A DNA stretch of 42,106 bases from Calditrichia bacterium (GCA_050633245.1 JBOEGD010000025.1:1-42106), one strand, 5' to 3'; shown: positions 1-9,614, numbered from the stretch's first letter. A program made the numbers and translations. Notes: generated by a model from the letters alone, not told the origin.

Positions 1-51
1 GAGTTTTTATAATTAAAATGTGGCAAAATTTGGGGATATATGCAGAGGCGA

Positions 52-1506
52 TCAGATGATCATTGCCTCGCCCGCTCCCACGTTGCCATGGTTCATTGTG
101 CGCCAGCCATGCTTTTGTACTAGGTAGTAGTCTACTGTATCGGTGTAGTGTGGGGCGTGCTCTTGTGGGAAGCTGCGTATCTTCTCCTTACTCTTATCCT
201 TGGTGAAGTCGGGGCGCACCTGGGTGCTGTTCATTGCGATGATAACATCTTTGCAACTGTCCTCATTCCATCGCACCTTGGGGTAGGAGGGGTTTGATTC
301 TGATAGTACTTCATTTACAAAGGTGTGCCTATCCTTATGGTTGGAGGTGCGCCTACCTGGTGGTACTGCGATCTCTACTTGCCAGCCCTTTCGGTTGAAC
401 ATAGCCGTGAGGCTCTCATATATAGAGGGCGTCATAGGCTGCCGGTCGTGCCCCCTTGGCTCTCCCCATATACGTACAAACTTACGGTGGTGCCCTTTGT
501 ACTTATTGGCGAATAGGTCGATAAGATCGTCTAGCTTCTTGGATCCTTTTACGTGTAGCGCATCCTTACAATGCTCCTCGCCTTTAGACTCTTGCCATAT
601 CGTCACACAATTGAACCAACCAGAGAAATCGAATGATAGCTCAAGAAAGGTCTCCTTATCTACGTCCTTGGTGCCGGTGACGGTGATACCCCGCTCCCCC
701 TCGCCATACTCGTAGGTAGGGGTGTACCCGTGCTTGTCCTCGTCGAGTGCACTATAGAAGCCGTCCTCTACCTTAGTGATGCGCTTATTCATCACTTCTA
801 CCTGAAAGGCTAGGTATCCCATTTCTCGCTGCATGCGGTCTATGCCCTTTTGGGTAAGTATCTCTATATTATCATAGGCAGTAGATTCAATATAATAGTA
901 CTCGTCTGGGTATATCTTTGCTTTCTCCTCAAAGTCGAATATCCAAAAACCGCTCGGCTTCCACGGTATGGTGGTGTATAGGTTTACATTCTGGTGCCAA
1001 TGGGTGCGGAAGCGGTGCGAGTTGCCGCGAATAGAGGGTATTAGTATCTTTTGGAAGTCCTCACTATTGACTAGCGCGGCCTCGTCTATATCTCCACCAT
1101 CATAAGAGCCGCCCCTCGCTAAGTCGGCGCGGTCCATGCTCAGCATCTCTATACAATAGCCATTCATTAAGCTTATCACATTGGTATGATTGCGAGGAGG
1201 GGAGTAGGGGAGATCAAAGTGCTTGGGGGGTCTTTTTCCTACTACATAATGTATATCCTCTTGCATGCCCATCATTTGCCACATGTTTTCTATGGCGGGT
1301 AGTGTCTTGGTTAGTATTTGGTTATAGGTGGTGGAGGCAAAGAAAACTTTGGCGCGAGGCATTACTGAAGCTCGCATACGATTGACCACGCCGATACAAG
1401 TGGACTTGCCGGAGCCACGCCCACCGACAAAGCAGCGGGTTTTTTGCTGAGCGTTGATAAATCTACGCTGCTTGTTATTAAGAAATATTTTCTTCGTGCG
1501 GCTCAT
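52..1506 (-). CDS. terL: Terminase large subunit
   Basis: 484 aa. Q motif (NNKQ), Walker A GGRGSGKS, Walker B GGDIDEAA, and C-terminal RNase H-like acidic motifs (LSFDFS, HYTDTVDY). Confidence 0.92.
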   Translation of the reverse strand: MSRTKKIFLNNKQRRFINAQQKTRCFVGGRGSGKSTCIGVVNRMRASVMPRAKVFFASTTYNQILTKTLPAIENMWQMMGMQEDIHYVVGKRPPKHFDLPYSPPRNHTNVISLMNGYCIEMLSMDRADLARGGSYDGGDIDEAALVNSEDFQKILIPSIRGNSHRFRTHWHQNVNLYTTIPWKPSGFWIFDFEEKAKIYPDEYYYIESTAYDNIEILTQKGIDRMQREMGYLAFQVEVMNKRITKVEDGFYSALDEDKHGYTPTYEYGEGERGITVTGTKDVDKETFLELSFDFSGWFNCVTIWQESKGEEHCKDALHVKGSKKLDDLIDLFANKYKGHHRKFVRIWGEPRGHDRQPMTPSIYESLTAMFNRKGWQVEIAVPPGRRTSNHKDRHTFVNEVLSESNPSYPKVRWNEDSCKDVIIAMNSTQVRPDFTKDKSKEKIRSFPQEHAPHYTDTVDYYLVQKHGWRTMNHGNVGAGEAMII

Positions 1507-2080
1507 AAGTATCTATTTCGGCATCTTCAGCATGTTCTCCTACGGATAAGCTTAAGCTTTCAGTAAATTCTATTTCGGGTAGGGTGGTATCGATGTCTTT
1601 ATTTAGCTCGATCTTGTCGGCTTGGTCTAGGCTGATCAATGACTCATAGCACCGCCGCGCTTCTTTGAGGGCGCTAATAGCGTCGGCCTCATTGTCGGCT
1701 ATCTCTGCAATTTGCTCGGCTTTCTTAGCTAGGAGCTGTAGCTTATCTCGATATATACCGGCTTGCACTCGCTGGTTTACCTCCTCGAATCTTCCGTATA
1801 AGTCTTGACAATCTTTGATAATAGCGGTCGTGCGGTAGCTGGTACGGCCTTCAAGTCGTTCTCGTACGATGCGGCGAGACTCCCGAGTCGGTCGTCCTTC
1901 GCATATAATGCTATAGGCCTCAGTTAGTACTTTGAGGTATTCATCCTCACTATCTCGTAACTGATACCGGAAAGGGTCGAGCAAGTGCATATACATACGC
2001 TCTACTTTGGTTGCCTTTTTAAACTCGGTAAGCTCAAACAGCAATTTGGTTGATCTTCGCTTGGATGGCATCGCGTTCAC
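1478..2080 (-). CDS. Putative terminase small subunit
   Basis: About 200 aa, helical with an acidic tail; overlaps the terL start. Assignment is positional only. Confidence 0.45.
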   Translation of the reverse strand: MNAMPSKRRSTKLLFELTEFKKATKVERMYMHLLDPFRYQLRDSEDEYLKVLTEAYSIICEGRPTRESRRIVRERLEGRTSYRTTAIIKDCQDLYGRFEEVNQRVQAGIYRDKLQLLAKKAEQIAEIADNEADAISALKEARRCYESLISLDQADKIELNKDIDTTLPEIEFTESLSLSVGEHAEDAEIDTYEPHEENIS

Positions 2081-2633
2081 GTTCTAATTCTTTTAATTTG
2101 GTTTCGTAATCGCTTATTTTCAGCTTATCGGGGTGTCTTTCTGCTAATTTTGCTAATTGATCAATCTTACGCCGAGTGTAGCTGATGCTGGAGCGTTTGC
2201 TATTCAATATTTGTATTAATTGTATGCCATTATCGGGTAGCTGATCAGTAAGCGCGTGCTTTTCTTCGGGTAAAATTCCGGTGGCCTTATATTCGCCGAT
2301 GCGGGAAAATACATCTTTGATTTTACGCTGAATAAACTGTATTTCATCGCTCACACTCGCTCGCTCGGCATCGGATTGGCATTGGTGAAACTTGTTGCTC
2401 CACTTGGCCCTATGCGCGAATAAATCCGACTTTTCTCTACTTAATATGATCAATACTTTATCCTCGCCCGGTGGCGGGGTGTTTTCTTTGGGGCGGGGTA
2501 GCTTGTTGAGTGAATGCCGTAGGTATATGCAATTAATGTCAGAGTACCCCTTTTCAAGTGCCAAGCGTAGCGCATGATTGGGCATTACTTTTATGAGCCA
2601 TTCTAAACCGGCGATGTACTCGGGTTGTGTCAT
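2034..2633 (-). CDS. Hypothetical coiled-coil protein
   Basis: 199 aa ORF translationally coupled to the portal gene. Confidence 0.7.
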   Translation of the reverse strand: MTQPEYIAGLEWLIKVMPNHALRLALEKGYSDINCIYLRHSLNKLPRPKENTPPPGEDKVLIILSREKSDLFAHRAKWSNKFHQCQSDAERASVSDEIQFIQRKIKDVFSRIGEYKATGILPEEKHALTDQLPDNGIQLIQILNSKRSSISYTRRKIDQLAKLAERHPDKLKISDYETKLKELERERDAIQAKINQIAV

Positions 2634-3961
2634 TGCGTCATGATTTCATTGCTACCTGATTTGTCCTCATCCAGTGTTTTTATTTCAATGTCCTTAAATC
2701 CAAATTTGATCGATCGATCCCAGCCGTTTTGACGAGCTAGGAAGTGGATAGGCTTAAGTAGGATGCGTCGAGGTAGTGGGGTTTTTATAGCGACATAAAG
2801 CAAAAAAGCGTTGCGGATCTCGCTACCGCTAGATAGCTTGCCTTGTGTCTGTATATTGGCTAGTGTGGGGTGTATTCCCTGGGCGCTGGTATTGGCTTCA
2901 TTTGATTTGTCGAATAGGCCAAGCAAGGCCTCATCTTTGAGGTCGACTTTTAAGGGGGTGATCTTGATGCCAGGGAATTCTTTGCCTAATGCGCGGTTTA
3001 TTTCGTATTGGGTGACGATAGCCCGGCCTGATTTTTCTACACCCGCCAGAAATTTATTGAGGTTGTCGAGAAAGTTCTTTTTGGCCTCCTCGGCGGTTTC
3101 TTTGGCTTGCTTCACCTCGTCGGGGCTTAGCTGTTGGCTGGTATGATCGTAGAAGTAATCCTTTGGTACTTCTATGTGGTATCTGATGCTATAGCCGTGC
3201 TTGAGGTTGGCCTTGTGGAATTCCGGTATACAATTGGCTAGCTGAATCCAGTTCTTACTACCCCACCAATAGGGAGAAGGGTAATACTCATCCACCTGTA
3301 GCAGATCATCGAAGCAATGGTACATGAATTTCTTTTGCTTCCTGTTTGGGTCTGGATCATAATTGGGTATCGTGCTAATAGGGTAGTTGCTTTCCGCTAC
3401 ACGAGACTTTCGCCCGTCTGGCTTCCAGTTTCCCCGCCAATAGTAGTTGTTTATCCTGCCGTTTACGTCTTGTTGCTGTGCGCGTACGTGGCGGCACTCC
3501 AAGGCTTTCATGCTAACTATATCGTCGTTGTCAGCTGTACCTCTTAGAAACTCGGTAAAGGTATTAGCATGAAACAAGAGGTTGCGCGTAGCACACATGA
3601 GATAGCTATCAATGTCTACCTGATCGAAAAACTCAGCGGCTTGTGTGGGTATTTCTACTTGCTCTACAATCTTACTACCTTCCGAAAAACGCTCTCTATA
3701 GGCCATCAAGTCATGGCCAAGGGTAACGTCTCGCTTGGTGGCAAGTAAGGAGGGCACTATATTGTTTTCGGCGACCAATAGCTCGCGCTCGGTCGGTAAA
3801 TCGTTATTGGCGCCCCATTCTTTGATAATGATGTCACTATCGCCTTTAGCAGCGGCTAGGCTACCGTTGTTGTCTTGAATATCTTCTACACTGCTAAGTA
3901 CTACGATAGCTTTGCCATCGGTGAGGTGGTAGAGTGAATTGCCGTATTGCTGTACGCCCAT
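2630..3961 (-). CDS. Portal protein
   Basis: 443 aa upstream of the terminase genes. The WGxNNDLP, YYPSPYW and SGSEIRNA motifs are typical of Bacteroidota phage portals. Confidence 0.82.
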   Translation of the reverse strand: MGVQQYGNSLYHLTDGKAIVVLSSVEDIQDNNGSLAAAKGDSDIIIKEWGANNDLPTERELLVAENNIVPSLLATKRDVTLGHDLMAYRERFSEGSKIVEQVEIPTQAAEFFDQVDIDSYLMCATRNLLFHANTFTEFLRGTADNDDIVSMKALECRHVRAQQQDVNGRINNYYWRGNWKPDGRKSRVAESNYPISTIPNYDPDPNRKQKKFMYHCFDDLLQVDEYYPSPYWWGSKNWIQLANCIPEFHKANLKHGYSIRYHIEVPKDYFYDHTSQQLSPDEVKQAKETAEEAKKNFLDNLNKFLAGVEKSGRAIVTQYEINRALGKEFPGIKITPLKVDLKDEALLGLFDKSNEANTSAQGIHPTLANIQTQGKLSSGSEIRNAFLLYVAIKTPLPRRILLKPIHFLARQNGWDRSIKFGFKDIEIKTLDEDKSGSNEIMTQ

Positions 3962-4281
3962 TAGTGCCTTACTTTATACTGATTGAAGCCGATTACATGG
4001 CTGATCAGTGGGGTGAAATACTGGTTTTTCTCGGTATCGGTGAGCGGGAGTGTCCCCGCCGTTACGTGCTTGCTAGATTGGCGTTTTTCGCCGTTTTGGT
4101 TGGTGATGCGCTTGGTACTGCGATCATAGCCGCGAGGGCTGCCGTAGCGGGCTTTTGCTATGGTGCAAATGCTGCCTTTGGCCTTGCCGCCACTGCGTAC
4201 AAACCGGAGTATAAAAGTGTCGCCTTCCATCTCATCGCTACGGATAAGCGCCATGGCTTCTTGTATGCTTATTTCTTCCAT
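3961..4281 (-). CDS. Conserved phage hypothetical protein preceding the portal
   Basis: 106 aa basic ORF, coupled to both neighbours by TAATG overlaps. Confidence 0.65.
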   Translation of the reverse strand: MEEISIQEAMALIRSDEMEGDTFILRFVRSGGKAKGSICTIAKARYGSPRGYDRSTKRITNQNGEKRQSSKHVTAGTLPLTDTEKNQYFTPLISHVIGFNQYKVRH

Positions 4282-5123
4282 TAGGCATCAAATAAGGCAT
4301 CGCGAATGATGCGGTAGTTTTCTTTTTTTCTCAAATCCTCATTGGTAGGTAGGCCAAGGGCATGGCCCAGGCGTACGAGGCTACGCTCATAGAGTCGGCA
4401 AAGCTTTTTGGCTTCTTTTTCGTCTCTGAAAACGTCCTGTAGGATTTCTAATAAGTTGATTGGCGGCTCGGCTTCTTTTTCGGGGTAGACGTCGGCTGCA
4501 AATTCGATGTCGGTATCTGATAGGGTAGTATTCCATGGTGTCTCGAAGTCGTCGAGGGTCCATTCGGTGGGTATGCTGTACATCATAATACTGAGCGGGT
4601 CTACTTGGGTGCCGTTGATGCGGTCCTTGCTGTATTTGCGAAAAATATTGAATTCTATAGTATCAATATCCCAATAATTGGGCGATCCGCTAAGGTCTTT
4701 GATGACGGCCTCGCGGTTCCATTGGATACCGCCGTTGGGGTTTTGGTGCTCGTGGATCATGCCGAGGGTATGGCCAAATTCGTGCTCGCCTACGCCGCCA
4801 GAGGTCCAACCAAGATTCATGGTAGGCCTAGCGGTGGAAATATTGAGCAAATCACGCCCTACATAACTCCAAGCGCCGCCTCGGTCGTCAAATGAGATAC
4901 GTACTTGCCCATCGCCTCGGGTGATGAAGTCAAAAACGATATTGCACGCTTCCATCCAAGCTTGTGCGCTCTCGTAGGCGTATCTTTCTTGCTCGGTGGT
5001 AGCATCCATGAGGGAAACGGTAAGTACTTGGCCTGGAAGCCAAAACTTAGCCGACTCGCCAGCTAGTGCGGGCACATTGGGAGCTCCGCTAAACCGTTGG
5101 ATACATGTTTTTGATTTACACAT
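4281..5123 (-). CDS. Metzincin (astacin/MMP-like) zinc metallopeptidase
   Basis: Zinc motif HEFGHTLGMIHEHQ, Met-turn SIMMY, and the WSYVG/TMNLG motifs. Confidence 0.88.
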   Translation of the reverse strand: MCKSKTCIQRFSGAPNVPALAGESAKFWLPGQVLTVSLMDATTEQERYAYESAQAWMEACNIVFDFITRGDGQVRISFDDRGGAWSYVGRDLLNISTARPTMNLGWTSGGVGEHEFGHTLGMIHEHQNPNGGIQWNREAVIKDLSGSPNYWDIDTIEFNIFRKYSKDRINGTQVDPLSIMMYSIPTEWTLDDFETPWNTTLSDTDIEFAADVYPEKEAEPPINLLEILQDVFRDEKEAKKLCRLYERSLVRLGHALGLPTNEDLRKKENYRIIRDALFDA

Positions 5124-5433
5124 TAATTTTGTGGTTGAAAGATGCTTCTAAATGGTTTTTACCAAACAAGTCCTCATGTAAAAAGCCCGAAATAGGGTAT
5201 TCTTTTATTTCGCCCTCATATAGTGCTAACACCTTACCATCTATTGGATAATGACCTCTTAAATCGTAAAAACGGCTATTTATTTTGCATAAAAAATGCT
5301 CTCCGTTATAGTAAAGTTCTCCTCCGTATAAGCCTTGGAGGATTTTGGCGAATTTTCGGCATCCATGACTATGGGCGGGGTATTCTCCGAATGTTTCCCG
5401 TATGGATGCTATAAACTCCTTTGGCGTCATCAT
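5116..5433 (-). CDS. Hypothetical protein
   Basis: 105 aa ORF with a GC...H...YD pattern that could be a papain-like triad (unverified). Confidence 0.6.
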   Translation of the reverse strand: MMTPKEFIASIRETFGEYPAHSHGCRKFAKILQGLYGGELYYNGEHFLCKINSRFYDLRGHYPIDGKVLALYEGEIKEYPISGFLHEDLFGKNHLEASFNHKINV

Positions 5434-5579
5434 TCGTCAAAAAAATGCACTTTACCATTAAGCGTACACCAGTCTTTCCCGCTTAAATAAGCGTATTCTA
5501 ACTCGGGTACGCCAAAGTCGCCCGGTAGTACATCGTAATACCAACACATTTGGAAAATAGCCTTTTCTGCTAAGCTCAT
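5430..5579 (-). CDS. Small hypothetical protein (49 aa, MSLAEKAIFQMCWYY...)
   Basis: Translated by eye. Follows a GTCCTT promoter motif and has an ATGA overlap with the next gene. Confidence 0.6.
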   Translation of the reverse strand: MSLAEKAIFQMCWYYDVLPGDFGVPELEYAYLSGKDWCTLNGKVHFFDE

Positions 5580-5594
5580 ATGCTTGATTTTGAT

Positions 5595-5629
5595 GCAAAT
5601 TCAGCGTTTAATTAAAGGCCTAAAAGGAC
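5595..5629 (-). promoter_or_regulatory. Putative late promoter (GTCCTT-N20-TGAATTTG) for the packaging operon
   Basis: The same motif and spacing occur upstream of five late gene clusters. Confidence 0.55.
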
Positions 5630-5632
5630 ATA

Positions 5633-5665
5633 TTTGCATTTAATTAAAGTTTATGCGTATATTTG
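5633..5665 (+). promoter_or_regulatory. Bacteroidota sigma-A promoter
   Basis: TTTG (5633-5636), 21-bp spacer, TATATTTG (5658-5665). Confidence 0.75.
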
Positions 5666-5723
5666 GAGCGACAAACAACTACTCGTGCAATGTTCCATTT
5701 CAAAGAATCTTATTCAATAATAA

Positions 5724-5815
5724 GCCAGTATAGCCTTGAGCCCCCGGGAGGGGTAGCGGGAAACCGTCCGGACACGCTCCTTCGGAGAAGTTGTTTGTCA
5801 CTCCTAAGTACTGGC
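5724..5815 (+). ncRNA. c4-like antisense RNA (multibranch)
   Basis: Closing stem GCCAGTA/TACTGGC, with GAAA and C(UUCG)G hairpins inside. Segment 5789-5804 is complementary to 5665-5680 and to the downstream start-codon region 5833-5844. Confidence 0.6.
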
Positions 5816-5832
5816 CCTTTAATCTTAGTGTT

Positions 5833-6048
5833 ATGACAAACAGCGAACAGATTATCACCATTATTAAAGCAGCTCCGGCTAGCTCCAAGACCATGCTTTT
5901 TCATCTATCGAATGCCTTTGTAGATTACCTTACTACAGAAGGCCAAGAGGGTAGCAAGGATGAAGCATTTTACAGAGATACCAAAAGCACTTTCCAAACG
6001 CTATCCGGCCTGATATTAGAGGCCGATACGGCAGGGGATGAGCAATAA
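5833..6048 (+). CDS. Small protein under putative antisense control (71 aa)
   Basis: ATG at 5833. The only plausible plus-strand gene inside the late region. Confidence 0.6.
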   Translation: MTNSEQIITIIKAAPASSKTMLFHLSNAFVDYLTTEGQEGSKDEAFYRDTKSTFQTLSGLILEADTAGDEQ

Positions 6049-6076
6049 AAAAGCCGAGCAAAAAATTACTCGGCTT
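6047..6076 (-). terminator. Intrinsic terminator ending the head/tail-tube operon
   Basis: AAGCCGAG/CTCGGCTT stem followed by a T-run on the minus strand. Confidence 0.75.
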
Positions 6077-6104
6077 AACGCTCTCTGAAAGGAAAGTATA
6101 GACT

Positions 6105-6308
6105 TTATTCTTCCTGAAAATATTTTGCAGCAGCGGGATGATCCGCTAAGAGCTTATCGATAGCCTCGTCATTCATTTGACGGGGCTTTATCGTTGGTCC
6201 TTGGTGTAGGATTATTCCTTTGTTATAATCCGGTCCAATATAGGTCCATTTGCGCTTGGGTGTAGCCGCTGCTTTCGGCTGTTCGGTTGTTCTTGGTTTC
6301 TTAGCCAT
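6105..6308 (-). CDS. Small hypothetical protein, possibly virion-associated
   Basis: 67 aa, coupled to the tail-tube-like gene. Confidence 0.65.
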   Translation of the reverse strand: MAKKPRTTEQPKAAATPKRKWTYIGPDYNKGIILHQGPTIKPRQMNDEAIDKLLADHPAAAKYFQEE

Positions 6309-6841
6309 TATACGGTGATTGCTCCAGTGTAGAAGTAAGGCAAGTGATTAACGGTCCACTCAATAACTACGGGGTAGCCGTTGGCGTCGTTGGTTTGCTC
6401 ACCTACTTTGATGCTACAGCCGTCGTCGATGTCACCTACGAGTCTTTTTTGGCCGTTTTTGTCCTCTGCAATTACGATAAACTCTCCCCCTGTAGCGGAG
6501 TTGAGGATATAGCTCCTTGCGGGATCTATCTTATTGATAAATGCGTTTACCGTTACATTGTAGCTGATGTTCTCACCTTCTCCTACGGCCTCTACCGTCC
6601 ATGTACCATTGATCTTACTAATAGACCACTCTTTGAATGTACCGGCTGCTACTGCTGGCGGTCCAACGTCGGAGGCTCGCATAGTGATGTCTCCAGAGAT
6701 GGTAAGTGTGTCGGCGTCTGGTGCTGGGATAGTAATAACCTCATCAACACAAGCTACTCGGAGCTTGGTTTTTAGCCCGGGAGTGTTACCGCCCCCGCAA
6801 GCTTTCTCAATGGCGGCTAAGCCTGTGCAGCAATCTGCCAT
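6308..6841 (-). CDS. Putative major tail (tube) protein
   Basis: 177 aa, beta-rich, downstream of the capsid gene. C..GGNTPGL and FIVIAEDKNG motifs resemble Bacteroidota phage tube proteins. Confidence 0.55.
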   Translation of the reverse strand: MADCCTGLAAIEKACGGGNTPGLKTKLRVACVDEVITIPAPDADTLTISGDITMRASDVGPPAVAAGTFKEWSISKINGTWTVEAVGEGENISYNVTVNAFINKIDPARSYILNSATGGEFIVIAEDKNGQKRLVGDIDDGCSIKVGEQTNDANGYPVVIEWTVNHLPYFYTGAITV

Positions 6842-6880
6842 GATTTTTTGTTTTTGTGTTTATGAATGGGCGCGGAGGCC

Positions 6881-7187
6881 TTATTTTGTCTCTAGTACGT
6901 TGATACCTAGATCAATCAGCCGTTCGCAAAGTTTTTTATCCTTGGCCGCCTCTGTAGCGGTATACCTTTTACTTTCAAAAATGAAAGCGGGTACTAAAAA
7001 CTTATAGTTTTTACCGCCAATCTTCACGCCTGGAAGGTTAGCCAGAGGAGCTTTTTTAGTTCCCATACTTGGCAGCGTACGCAATGTCTTTAGCTCAGTA
7101 TTAAGGGCTTTTATCTCCTTTTGGGCTGTGATGAGTTCAGCTTCCAAGATTTCTATTTTTGCGGTTGTTTCGGCTTCTTTACTCATT
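6881..7187 (-). CDS. Hypothetical protein (coiled coil plus small domain)
   Basis: Track ORF 6881..7222; the likely start is MSKEAE near 7187. Confidence 0.6.
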
Positions 7188-7265
7188 GGTAGGTATTTGT
7201 AAGGCCATGACCCGAAGGCCATGGCTCATAAAAGCAATGATATATTCAAAAATAAACCCCAGTTA

Positions 7266-8228
7266 CTACGTTTGATCGTTTACGACTAAGATGCCGTCGC
7301 GCTTCATTGCCATCTGGACGCCAAAATTGAAGTCCATCCAGTATTTAAGCTCTCTTACGTCTTGTTGGAAATCCCAGGTAGACCAGTCCTCTAGGGCATC
7401 ATATCCATAGTATAGGTTTTCTCGTGGGCAAATAACTACACGGCCACTAGTGCCCATGCCTGCAACGGGTATGATAGTAGTCTTGCCTCCACCTAATTCA
7501 AAGTTTAGGCCCATGTAATCAGTGGTACCAATAGGAACCTCATTTGGATGGGTGCCAAACAGTGTTTTGTAGTGGATTCGGTAGAAGTCATAAACAGAGT
7601 ATGACATGAAAATATCAGTACCTCCGTCTTTGTATGCTGTATCTACTTGCTCCCACATCGTACGCAAGTTGGTCACTGCATTAGCACTCGTAAAAGCGCC
7701 TGTAGCTACCGGTGTGATAGTTGTAGCGGTGATCAAGTCGGCAATAATATGGAGTACACCGTCGATAGTCTGGATAAGATTATCGGTAGAAGCTGGAGAA
7801 GCCACTGCCTCACCTTGCCAAAATGCTGTTTCTAGCTCTTGATTGACTTTCTGAATGATAGAGTCTAGGATAAATGCTTCGAATGGGAAATCCGTAGGGG
7901 ATTGACCAGAGCGGCGCATGTGTCCTAAATAACTACCTTCGAAAAGTTGAGGAACAACTGAATTTTCGACCTTTTGAGTAACTACTTCGAGTACTAGTGG
8001 GTCAAATTTAACGTTGTCGGTGCCGGAAAAAGCCTGGGACCATCGCTTAGTAAGGTTGTCCTTTACTTGTAGCTCGGTCATTACCATTCGGCCTTTCACT
8101 CCTTCTACGGGAGTTGCAAGCTGAGCCGTTTTAAAGCCAAAAAAGAGTTGACGAAACAAGTCTTCTTTGATCTCTTCTACATAGGCCTTGTAAGCTTCGG
8201 CTGCTGAAAAATCGAGTCCTAAAGCCAT
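7266..8228 (-). CDS. Major capsid protein
   Basis: 320 aa after the protease and scaffold. E..FWQG..., DG....I and a C-terminal beta strand pattern fit the HK97 fold. Confidence 0.82.
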   Translation of the reverse strand: MALGLDFSAAEAYKAYVEEIKEDLFRQLFFGFKTAQLATPVEGVKGRMVMTELQVKDNLTKRWSQAFSGTDNVKFDPLVLEVVTQKVENSVVPQLFEGSYLGHMRRSGQSPTDFPFEAFILDSIIQKVNQELETAFWQGEAVASPASTDNLIQTIDGVLHIIADLITATTITPVATGAFTSANAVTNLRTMWEQVDTAYKDGGTDIFMSYSVYDFYRIHYKTLFGTHPNEVPIGTTDYMGLNFELGGGKTTIIPVAGMGTSGRVVICPRENLYYGYDALEDWSTWDFQQDVRELKYWMDFNFGVQMAMKRDGILVVNDQT

Positions 8229-8270
8229 TTTTTAAATGTGTTTATTCGTGGAATAATATGCTAAGGCCTA

Positions 8271-8675
8271 TTACTGGCCACGGCTATTTAAAAGTTTCTG
8301 ATTGACGGGGTTTCGAAGCCAGGGCTTATTCTTGTACTTTTCGTCCTGGTTGCTAGAGCCTTGCGTGTGCTTCTCTGCTGGTTGCTTTTTAAGCTCCTCG
8401 ATCTCGCCGGTTTGCGTATCGATTTGCTCATTAGCTTGGTCCAATTGCAGTTGCAGTTGATTGGCTTGCTCGGTGAGGGTTTCGATGTCGGCCTTGTAGC
8501 CGTCGATTTCCCCTTGCAGCTCCGCGAGAACTTCCGCTCTGATGGTGGCTTGCATGTCTTCACGCGTACCTAGATCAGACATGGCCTCTTGCACTTCTGC
8601 CTCGGTGGCGTCGCTGCCTAGATTCAACCATCCGGCTAGCGTCGATAAGATTTGGTTATAAAATTTGAATTGCAT
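8271..8675 (-). CDS. Capsid scaffolding protein
   Basis: 134 aa acidic coiled coil between the protease and the capsid gene. Confidence 0.65.
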   Translation of the reverse strand: MQFKFYNQILSTLAGWLNLGSDATEAEVQEAMSDLGTREDMQATIRAEVLAELQGEIDGYKADIETLTEQANQLQLQLDQANEQIDTQTGEIEELKKQPAEKHTQGSSNQDEKYKNKPWLRNPVNQKLLNSRGQ

Positions 8676-8677
8676 AA

Positions 8678-9598
8678 CTATTGGTTTTGTCGGCGTTTTA
8701 CATGTACGCCGAGCCGTTTGATTGCATGTTGAAAAGAGCCGATGCCGTCGATGAGTCCACGGCGCTTGGCTTTAGGCGCGTCGAATAGTTCCCCGCTGAG
8801 GGTGTTATCGATATTGCCTTTTAGCGGTCGGTACTGCTGTACATCATTGAGGAAATGCTCATTGGTACGGTTGACCATGGCTCGAATACCAGAGAGATCA
8901 CCATCGGTAATATACTGGCGAATCTCTTTGTTTTTGTTCGTGGATTTATCCGCATATATCTCTTGGAAGTTCCGCGAATACCATTCTCTAAATCCCTTGG
9001 AAAGCGTGATGTAGGTGCCAATGCTCCCGATCTCAGCCATTCGGCTGGAGGCGATAATCTCGTCACTCGGCAAGGTGCCCATCACGCCCGCGCTCGCCAT
9101 AAAGTGCGCGTAGGTGACTACGGCCTTGGGGCTTTGTTCTAGCGCTGACTTGAGCATCTGCCCGGCAGTAGCTTCTCCCCCGCCCGTATTCGTTTCTAAT
9201 AGAATGCCTTGAATATTGTCATTTTGGTAAGCGGCTTGTAGGCTATTGATAAGCGTGCCTACGCCCTGGTGGCTTGCCCCATCCTTGGAGCGCATGACGC
9301 CCTCTAGTCGAAGGTGCGCATAAGATCCCGCCGGGGTAAGTTCGGCATTGTTTAATAGCTCCGGGTCTTGGATGACTTTTGGGCCACTGATGGCCATCTT
9401 GATAATGCCAGGGCGAGCGGCGTGTCGTCGCTGTGCGATGCCTAGCTCGCTATACGGCACACCTATACCTATGAGCTGTAGCTCTTGTAGGTAGTCGGCG
9501 AGTTGTTGCATGCCCCACTCCTCAGCCATATGGAATTGGCCTTCGATAATGAGGTTGTCAATGTCTCGATTAGTGCGTATGTCGTTTGTTTGTGGCAT
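8678..9598 (-). CDS. S49 (SppA/ClpP-like) head maturation protease
   Basis: GILLETNTGGG, MASAG (catalytic Ser), IGSIG, NKN, and A...GLIDGIG motifs. Confidence 0.88.
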   Translation of the reverse strand: MPQTNDIRTNRDIDNLIIEGQFHMAEEWGMQQLADYLQELQLIGIGVPYSELGIAQRRHAARPGIIKMAISGPKVIQDPELLNNAELTPAGSYAHLRLEGVMRSKDGASHQGVGTLINSLQAAYQNDNIQGILLETNTGGGEATAGQMLKSALEQSPKAVVTYAHFMASAGVMGTLPSDEIIASSRMAEIGSIGTYITLSKGFREWYSRNFQEIYADKSTNKNKEIRQYITDGDLSGIRAMVNRTNEHFLNDVQQYRPLKGNIDNTLSGELFDAPKAKRRGLIDGIGSFQHAIKRLGVHVKRRQNQ

Positions 9599-9614
9599 AT
9601 GCGGCTTGTTGAGT

